IMG/VR virus record: IMGVR_UViG_3300027804_000063
Coordinates: 1 to 64,000 of that record
Source: a virus
Taxonomy: Duplodnaviria; Caudoviricetes
Length of the DNA stretch: 64,000 nucleotides
Direction: 5' to 3' (one strand)
Every line of letters begins with the position of its first letter. The first letter of the stretch is position 1. Positions 26,172-31,576 of the stretch are shown piece by piece. The position numbers and the translations under genes are program-made. The notes beneath the pieces were generated by a model, which did no database searches, had not been told where the DNA came from, and saw nothing but the letters and a program-made list of their open reading frames with translations.

Positions 26172-26495
26172 TCAAGTCCAAATGATCTTCGCAACTCCCC
26201 AGCGCTGCAGAGCCGCTTCGCATCTTTTACACGGCTTTGAGTTGGCGGGCAAACCATTGGCAAGAACTCGGGCAACATACACAGTCGCACCCGATATTTG
26301 AGACCCTGCCGATATCGCTCCTGCTATCTCTGCGTGGATATGCGACCTACGCCAAGCGTGGTGAACATCTCCGACACGCTTATTGGTGGCTTTGGCTACA
26401 ACACGCCCGTTACGCACCACAACGCACCCGTGGCGGTGTCTACACCTGCTCTGAAGGGCTGTAGCGACCGCTGTGCGGAGATGATGCTTGGACAT
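26172..26495 (-). CDS. Zn-dependent cytidine/dCMP deaminase-family protein
   Basis: HAE and PCKRC motifs. Confidence 0.85.
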   Translation of the reverse strand: MSKHHLRTAVATALQSRCRHRHGCVVVRNGRVVAKATNKRVGDVHHAWRRSHIHAEIAGAISAGSQISGATVYVARVLANGLPANSKPCKRCEAALQRWGVAKIIWT

Positions 26496-26531
26496 AGGTT
26501 GGCATAGTTTATATGCCGACCCTAGAAACGC

Positions 26532-26567
26532 AAAAAGCCCCCACCCCGACAGAAGGGTGAGGGCTTG
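26532..26567 (-). terminator. intrinsic terminator
   Basis: GC stem followed by TTTTT on the - strand after gene 26582. Confidence 0.7.
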
Positions 26568-26581
26568 CGCCTGTGTGTGGA

Positions 26582-26998
26582 TTACGCCGAGAGTGCTTCC
26601 ACCTTCGCGCGAACATTCGCGATATTGGTGAAATGCTTGTCACCTGCGGGGGTGGTGAAACCGACCTTGATGACACCGTAACCGTCCTCTTGGGGTGCGA
26701 CCCAAAAGACCACGCCGACCGTGCCCTTAGGAACTTTGCGCCCCTTGAACACCTCAACGGTTTGACCCTTGACGATTTCGCCGTTCGCGATCGCCTGTGC
26801 GAGACGCTCCTCGTTGAGACGGACGACTTCCGCCCAACGCGCGACCTGCTCCTCCGTGTGCCTGTGTGGTTGCTTCCAACGACCCACACCACCCTCGTAT
26901 ACCTGACCTGCGCGCTCCGCGAGATAACGCACACCGTTACGGTTAGTGTCCCAAAACACCTCCGCACCGCACCCGCGACAACTGATTACTTTGCTCAT
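26582..26998 (-). CDS. hypothetical protein (CxxC, C-terminal SH3-like)
   Basis: AAGGAGG RBS; own promoter and terminator. Confidence 0.7.
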   Translation of the reverse strand: MSKVISCRGCGAEVFWDTNRNGVRYLAERAGQVYEGGVGRWKQPHRHTEEQVARWAEVVRLNEERLAQAIANGEIVKGQTVEVFKGRKVPKGTVGVVFWVAPQEDGYGVIKVGFTTPAGDKHFTNIANVRAKVEALSA

Positions 26999-27031
26999 AT
27001 GCCCTCCTTAGGGGTCTAGTAGTTACTACAG

Positions 27032-27052
27032 ACATTACGCACAGGGTGTCAC
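27032..27052 (-). promoter_or_regulatory. ACACC-box promoter P11
   Basis: GTGACACCC-N6-TAATGT. Confidence 0.75.
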
Positions 27053-27079
27053 AGAGTGTGACTTGGATAAACCTAAACG

Positions 27080-27174
27080 GCGAAGCCGCTTTGTGACCGT
27101 GCGAAGCCGCTCGGCAGCGTCACCAAGCCGCTCGGCAGCGCTGGCTTTCCGCGTTCCGCAGCGCTGGCTTTCCC
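27080..27174 (+). repeat. overlapping short direct repeats
   Basis: GCGAAGCCGCT x2, AAGCCGCTCGGCAGCG x2, GCAGCGCTGGCTTTCC x2. Confidence 0.75.
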
Positions 27175-27181
27175 TCCTCAC

Positions 27182-27212
27182 AGCCCCGCAAACCGCGTAA
27201 CTACGCGGGACT
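27182..27212. repeat. AGYCCCG dyad 7
   Basis: AGCCCCGC-N15-GCGGGACT. Confidence 0.8.
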
Positions 27213-27289
27213 AGCAGGTTGGCGACAAACAGTAGCGTTTGGGGAGGACCTCCCGCAGGACCTGACGCGGAGGACCCGACGAAACGTTC

Positions 27290-27410
27290 AAAAAACGTCA
27301 GTTTTTGCACGTTTTTGCTGGTTTTAGAAAAACGCGTTTTTACAACTTTTTTTGCGGTTTTTGAAAGCCTTATTTTATAAGGGTTTTACGGAGGGTGTTT
27401 TTGGGAACTT
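27290..27410. other. phased A/T-tract array (intrinsically bent DNA)
   Basis: T-tracts at about 27302, 27312, 27322, 27337, 27347, 27358, 27374, 27384, 27397. Confidence 0.65.
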
Positions 27411-27499
27411 TCCCACCCAACTCAGAAAACCATCAAAAACGTCACTTTTTGATCAACCCGGCTGCCAGGTCCGTCTTCAGCCCGGGAAGATGCGGTTAC

Positions 27500-27530
27500 A
27501 GTCCCGAAGATCTGTCGCTGATGCGGGGCT
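27500..27530. repeat. AGYCCCG dyad 8
   Basis: AGTCCCGA-N15-GCGGGGCT. Confidence 0.75.
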
Positions 27531-27730
27531 CAGAAGAGAGTTGGTGCGTCATCAAACGCGTTACGCGACTCTGTGCAGATGCGGTGGGCGTAACCAAGTG
27601 GGGTTGAAGGGTTGCGAGGTGCGCCAATGTATCTTCCGTCTTTGTGTTCTATCCAAGACAGTATCTTGACGCAGTATTGGGTGTTGAGGGTGTCAAACTC
27701 TATGTTGCAGATGGAGCAGGCGACTTTCAT
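27530..27730 (-). CDS. small Zn-binding hypothetical protein
   Basis: CSIC...HRIC. Confidence 0.55.
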   Translation of the reverse strand: MKVACSICNIEFDTLNTQYCVKILSWIEHKDGRYIGAPRNPSTPLGYAHRICTESRNAFDDAPTLF

Positions 27731-27749
27731 GCCTGTCAGACTAGCGGAT

Positions 27750-27914
27750 TTAGTTTTGTGGTGCGCTGTCTACGGACAGTTCGTTGTGTGACCGTAGGTC
27801 TAACAGCAGATCAACCATCTCTGCGGAGGACACTAGTTCCCGACCCGAGATGGTTTTGATCGCGTTGTCAATGACCTGAACAACTGTGAGTTCTTTTACT
27901 GTATCTGTGACCAT
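27750..27914 (-). CDS. micro-protein (54 aa)
   Basis: MVTDTVKELTVVQVIDNAIK; not in ORF track. Confidence 0.5.
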   Translation of the reverse strand: MVTDTVKELTVVQVIDNAIKTISGRELVSSAEMVDLLLDLRSHNELSVDSAPQN

Positions 27915-28351
27915 TGTTCATCGTCCTCAATGATTTCTGATGCGCTGAGAACCATGCCGTCTAGTTCAAAATCAACACAGTTCAACCAACCATCAACTAT
28001 ACCGTCTCCGTATGCGTAGAGATCAAACCACGCATTATTGACCCACTCAATGCGCTCTGCTTCATCTGCTTCACGCAACTTTTGGTCGGTGTCAATACCT
28101 GCGCGCATGAGACGGTCGCAGTAACGGATAACTTCAGGGTCGTCACCACGCTCTCGTGCTTCTTTGCTTTCCCAAAGGTTGAGACGCATTTCGCCGTCGC
28201 AGAACACTCTGACTTCACGGTCGCCCATTGTGACGGTCGCGATGTGTTGATGTGCGTTTGCGTCCCAAACATAGAACGCAGGGTCTTGTCGGTGCTTCCG
28301 ATCTTCGTCTGTCACCTCATAGGTGATTTTGATGTCGGGTTTAGTTTCCAT
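27896..28351 (-). CDS. hypothetical protein
   Basis: AAGGAG RBS; WVNNAWFDL. Confidence 0.7.
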   Translation of the reverse strand: METKPDIKITYEVTDEDRKHRQDPAFYVWDANAHQHIATVTMGDREVRVFCDGEMRLNLWESKEARERGDDPEVIRYCDRLMRAGIDTDQKLREADEAERIEWVNNAWFDLYAYGDGIVDGWLNCVDFELDGMVLSASEIIEDDEQWSQIQ

Positions 28352-28380
28352 TTACTTCTCCTTGTCTAGTAGTTGATGCA

Positions 28381-28401
28381 AGAATACCCGAAGGGTGTCG
28401 C
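28381..28401 (-). promoter_or_regulatory. ACACC-box promoter P12
   Basis: GCGACACCC-N6-TATTCT. Confidence 0.75.
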
Positions 28402-28405
28402 AGGG

Positions 28406-28561
28406 TTATTCGTAAAAAGGTTCAGCGGGTTTCTGTCTCGGGGTCGGGTTGTTTCGTGCGAGTTTGCGTATCTGATACAACGCAAACAAAATAGGGACAC
28501 CGAAGAACGCCACCAAGATCATCTTGATACCCAAGACGACACCTAAGACACGCTTATTCAC
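28406..28561 (-). CDS. small single-TM protein
   Basis: GTG start; VLGVVLGIKMILVAFFGVPILFALY; not in ORF track. Confidence 0.5.
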   Translation of the reverse strand: MNKRVLGVVLGIKMILVAFFGVPILFALYQIRKLARNNPTPRQKPAEPFYE

Positions 28562-28766
28562 GGACACCAACCAAGTTCAACGCTTCGTCTAGTTGCATTG
28601 TGGTTTTGATGGAGTGATCGCCGTCGTATGCGACTGTCACAAAGTTCGCACCTTGTGACGGGTCTTTCGCTAACGCACAGATTTCTCCGTATGCCTGAAC
28701 GATCGCGTCTAAATGATCGTCTGCCTCATACACCATCTGCCAAGTGACCAAGTATGATTTGCTCAT
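28554..28766 (-). CDS. hypothetical protein
   Basis: ATGA overlap at 28763-28766. Confidence 0.6.
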   Translation of the reverse strand: MSKSYLVTWQMVYEADDHLDAIVQAYGEICALAKDPSQGANFVTVAYDGDHSIKTTMQLDEALNLVGVRE

Positions 28767-28975
28767 ACGCTGAGGTCTGCCTGCCACGCGAACATTGGGG
28801 AAACGCCAAGTTCATCTTTGATACAACGGAGGGTAACTTCTGTATCAACTTTGTACTGTTCCAACAACGCGAGGGTGTCTGCGAGTTTGAGTTTGTCGCT
28901 CTCTATCTGAGAACGAAGTTCATAAACTTGCTTTGACAAACTCTCAAATGTTTGCTTGTTTCTACGGAGTTTCAT
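28763..28975 (-). CDS. coiled-coil hypothetical protein
   Basis: heptad pattern; TAATG coupling. Confidence 0.6.
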   Translation of the reverse strand: MKLRRNKQTFESLSKQVYELRSQIESDKLKLADTLALLEQYKVDTEVTLRCIKDELGVSPMFAWQADLSV

Positions 28976-29361
28976 TACTTGTCTGCCTTTCGGTCTGCTT
29001 GTGGATCTCTTACTTCATACCGACGACCCTCACGCTTGATGAAGATGTCGGGTCTATCTGTAACAACCTTGCGTGCTGTCGCTTCGGATACTTCTCCGAT
29101 TTCTGCGAGTTGCTTGATAGTCACCAACTCAAAGACATTGTCTTTCGCCCACGACAAAATGTCGTTCTTGCCGTCTTGCGCCGTGCGCCAACCTTCGCTG
29201 TGCTCTGCGTTCGCCAACAGTTCCGCTTTGATGTGTGACGGAACAATGTCACGGACACGCTTCGCCACATGTGCAACCCAAACGGGTGTTCCGTATACAC
29301 GGATCGCTTCTGTGACTTCGCGTATCGCGCTGTCAAGTTCTGTGTCTAGTTCGTTACTCAT
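28975..29361 (-). CDS. hypothetical protein with C-terminal HTH-like segment
   Basis: ATG 29361 lies 7 nt after TATAGT (leaderless); TIKQLAEIGEVSEATARK. Confidence 0.65.
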   Translation of the reverse strand: MSNELDTELDSAIREVTEAIRVYGTPVWVAHVAKRVRDIVPSHIKAELLANAEHSEGWRTAQDGKNDILSWAKDNVFELVTIKQLAEIGEVSEATARKVVTDRPDIFIKREGRRYEVRDPQADRKADK

Positions 29362-29368
29362 AGTATCT

Positions 29369-29389
29369 ACTATACGCAACGGGTGTGAC
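29369..29389 (-). promoter_or_regulatory. ACACC-box promoter P13 (leaderless)
   Basis: GTCACACCC-N6-TATAGT-N7-ATG. Confidence 0.8.
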
Positions 29390-29405
29390 AAAGTGTGCGA
29401 TGCCA

Positions 29406-29669
29406 TTAGAACAAGTCCTTTTCGTCTTGAAGAAAGTCAGGAACAACTAGTCCCTTTTGCGCCTCTATACACGCACTCTCCGCTTCGTATATTGACTTCT
29501 TGACTTGCGCCAATGCGTTCTTGTATACCGCACTTTGGTTTGCTTCGTCGGTTCGTAAAAGTTCCGACACAACAAGATCGTATGCAGTATTCAGAGATCG
29601 CAATACCCGACTAAGACTGAGATAGTCCTCGTCAAAGATTTGTTTGATCGTGTTCTGTGTTTCAGTCAC
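29406..29669 (-). CDS. hypothetical protein
   Basis: GTG start below a sigma-A-type promoter. Confidence 0.6.
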   Translation of the reverse strand: MTETQNTIKQIFDEDYLSLSRVLRSLNTAYDLVVSELLRTDEANQSAVYKNALAQVKKSIYEAESACIEAQKGLVVPDFLQDEKDLF

Positions 29670-29716
29670 TATCTTTTTATACCCCTTTCAGAGTTCTAGG
29701 TTTATCTAACACTACC

Positions 29717-29745
29717 ATTATATATACCCCCACAACAAAAAGCAA
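29717..29745 (-). promoter_or_regulatory. sigma-A-type promoter
   Basis: TTGCTT-N17-TATAAT. Confidence 0.7.
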
Positions 29746-29786
29746 CCCCACCCCAAACATTTGTTTGCCCACCTCCCCAAAAACTT

Positions 29787-29811
29787 TTATATCCGCCACC
29801 GTTCGGTTTGC
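29787..29811 (-). repeat. CGCCACCGTT box copy 10
   Basis: ttatatc-CGCCACCGTT-cggtttgc. Confidence 0.9.
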
Positions 29812-29861
29812 AGAACACTTCTGAGATCCCTCCGCGCCCCCGCCCGTCGGCTCAGGCTCAC

Positions 29862-29892
29862 AGCCCCGCGTTTCTCTTCAGATGACGGGGCT
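29862..29892. repeat. AGYCCCG dyad 9
   Basis: AGCCCCGC-N15-ACGGGGCT. Confidence 0.75.
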
Positions 29893-29965
29893 CCCGGGTT
29901 TGATCCCGGCTTGCATTCTGGTTGGGAGTCAGATAAACTACAAGAACTAGAAAAAGGGGGTCGTT

Positions 29966-30565
29966 TTGGCTCAAATTGAGTTAGAAATATTAGAAGAAGT
30001 CAGCAAATATTGGGTTTCCTTCCGCAAAAAGGAAAATATTCAGCAGAACTCGTGCATCTTGGCGTGCAACTTCGTGCGTCAAATCTTGATCCGCATGGGT
30101 GTAGACCACGAGGTTGTCCCCATCGGGACTACGGTCTTCAACCGCAGAGGTTGGGAACTGTTCGGTCTTGCAAACAACCAACTGCCTGACGACGCATGGC
30201 AAGTCCATTGTTCAAGCGCATCTTTGGGCAGAGGTTTCGGTGGTCATGTTGTAATCCAAACGAAGAACTATTTTTTTGATCCGACAGCAGGCGCGTTCTC
30301 CCGACCTGAGCACGGCATGACCGTCCCCGAAACTTTGATAGTCCCGTTGGCGAAGATGGAAGTTCACAAACGGGACTCCAACACTCACCCTGTTCATGTT
30401 GTGTTTCGTACCAACAAGTTTTGGACTTTCCCGATCGGGTCGGGGTTGTATTCGTATTACTTTGAGAAGTGGAACACGATTTATCGTAAGTCACCCGATT
30501 GGCAGGTCTCACCGAAGCAGTTAGGGATACCTGACATAGTTGCGGAGATGCGTAAGGGTTCTTGA
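29966..30565 (+). CDS. transglutaminase/papain-like Cys-His-Asp fold protein
   Basis: SCILAC...GHVV...FDPT. Confidence 0.55.
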   Translation: MAQIELEILEEVSKYWVSFRKKENIQQNSCILACNFVRQILIRMGVDHEVVPIGTTVFNRRGWELFGLANNQLPDDAWQVHCSSASLGRGFGGHVVIQTKNYFFDPTAGAFSRPEHGMTVPETLIVPLAKMEVHKRDSNTHPVHVVFRTNKFWTFPIGSGLYSYYFEKWNTIYRKSPDWQVSPKQLGIPDIVAEMRKGS

Positions 30566-30590
30566 CTTTATAACACCCCACCCATATAAT
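30562..30590 (+). promoter_or_regulatory. ACACC-box promoter P14 with canonical -35
   Basis: TTGACT-N5-ACACCC-N6-TATAAT (17-nt spacer). Confidence 0.8.
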
Positions 30591-30628
30591 GGTACTTGTA
30601 ATATAGAACTACTAAACAAGGAGACGAA

Positions 30629-30961
30629 ATGACCGAGAACACTTACCGAACAGTCAAGACTGTTCTAATCACAGCGACAGTCACTATCGCATCAGTATTC
30701 GCTTTCAGTTATCTGAAAGAACAGAACCGACAAGACAACGAGTTCTTTTGTAACGGAGCACCTATCACCATTGAACAAGGCGACACCTTGTATTGGATCG
30801 CACGCACAAACTGTGAAGGCAACACCATGAATGTTGTGGACGAACTTGTGCGAGTTTACGGAACTGATCTCACGGTTGGTGACACGATCTACCTACCAAC
30901 ACACCCGAACTGCGAACTACGCATGACAGACGGCGGACAAGTAATGGAAGAGTGCAAGTAA
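30629..30961 (+). CDS. membrane-anchored LysM-domain protein
   Basis: N-terminal TM; IEQGDTLYWIA...LTVGDTIYLP. Confidence 0.8.
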   Translation: MTENTYRTVKTVLITATVTIASVFAFSYLKEQNRQDNEFFCNGAPITIEQGDTLYWIARTNCEGNTMNVVDELVRVYGTDLTVGDTIYLPTHPNCELRMTDGGQVMEECK

Positions 30962-31131
30962 TGGGAATAGAGAAACTAGATAACCCATACACAACGGAGT
31001 GTCTTGACTGCGGAATAAACCTGTGGTCACAATACCTGCACTATTTAGGTATGGACAACGACACCGCACAATGCGCAAACTGTCTAACAGCAAACCCTAC
31101 TAAATACGAAAGAGAGATAGAAATAGCGTGA
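30961..31131 (+). CDS. small double-CxxC protein
   Basis: CLDC and CANC; TAATG coupling; not in ORF track. Confidence 0.55.
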   Translation: MGIEKLDNPYTTECLDCGINLWSQYLHYLGMDNDTAQCANCLTANPTKYEREIEIA

Positions 31132-31253
31132 GCGAACAAAACGGACAACTACCGACCTTCGGAGAATGGTGCGACCTGCACCGAATGAACCCCGACAACG
31201 ACGACAACTACGAACTTTATTGTAAGTGGTTAGAAAGAGAGAAAAAGTCATGA
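31128..31253 (+). CDS. micro-protein (41 aa)
   Basis: GTGA and ATGA overlaps; not in ORF track. Confidence 0.5.
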   Translation: MSEQNGQLPTFGEWCDLHRMNPDNDDNYELYCKWLEREKKS

Positions 31254-31435
31254 GCATCACCGAACTAATCCCATCTACCGCCCGAGCGTGGAAAGCAGGG
31301 AAATACATTTACTGTCTTTCACACGGGCGAAGTCAAGTGATTAGCACCATAGAGTTTCTGAACGAAGATAGCGAACACCTATACGACGGCAAGAAATGCG
31401 ATTGGTGCGGAAAGAACTTAGGTAAAAAGTCATGA
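31250..31435 (+). CDS. small Zn-binding protein
   Basis: CLSH and CDWC. Confidence 0.55.
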   Translation: MSITELIPSTARAWKAGKYIYCLSHGRSQVISTIEFLNEDSEHLYDGKKCDWCGKNLGKKS

Positions 31436-31563
31436 GCGACACCGAAGTCACCCTAGAGGACTTAGACGAAACAGTCAGCGAACTAGACCGCCTAATGGCG
31501 TTACTAGCGGAGCGTCTAGGCGCACGACCCGTAACCAAAGCACCTCACTACGAAGACAAATAG
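31432..31563 (+). CDS. micro-protein (43 aa)
   Basis: ATGA overlap; coiled-coil; not in ORF track. Confidence 0.5.
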   Translation: MSDTEVTLEDLDETVSELDRLMALLAERLGARPVTKAPHYEDK

Positions 31564-31576
31564 ATAAACTATCTAG

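Noticed and set aside
21900-27530. GC-rich islands as restriction-site decoys (CCCGC, GGGAC, GAAGA, GCATC, GATC)
   Set aside because: These words also occur in coding regions, and depletion elsewhere cannot be shown without counting.
12010-29811. CRISPR array formed by the CGCCACCGTT repeats
   Set aside because: Spacing runs from 0.3 to about 4.4 kb with genes between copies, flanks vary, and no cas genes are present.
17575-29892. Dyads as REP elements or integron attC sites
   Set aside because: No conserved GTAG/GGAG tetranucleotide, no RYYYAAC/GTTRRRY ends, and no RAYT transposase or integrase in the window.
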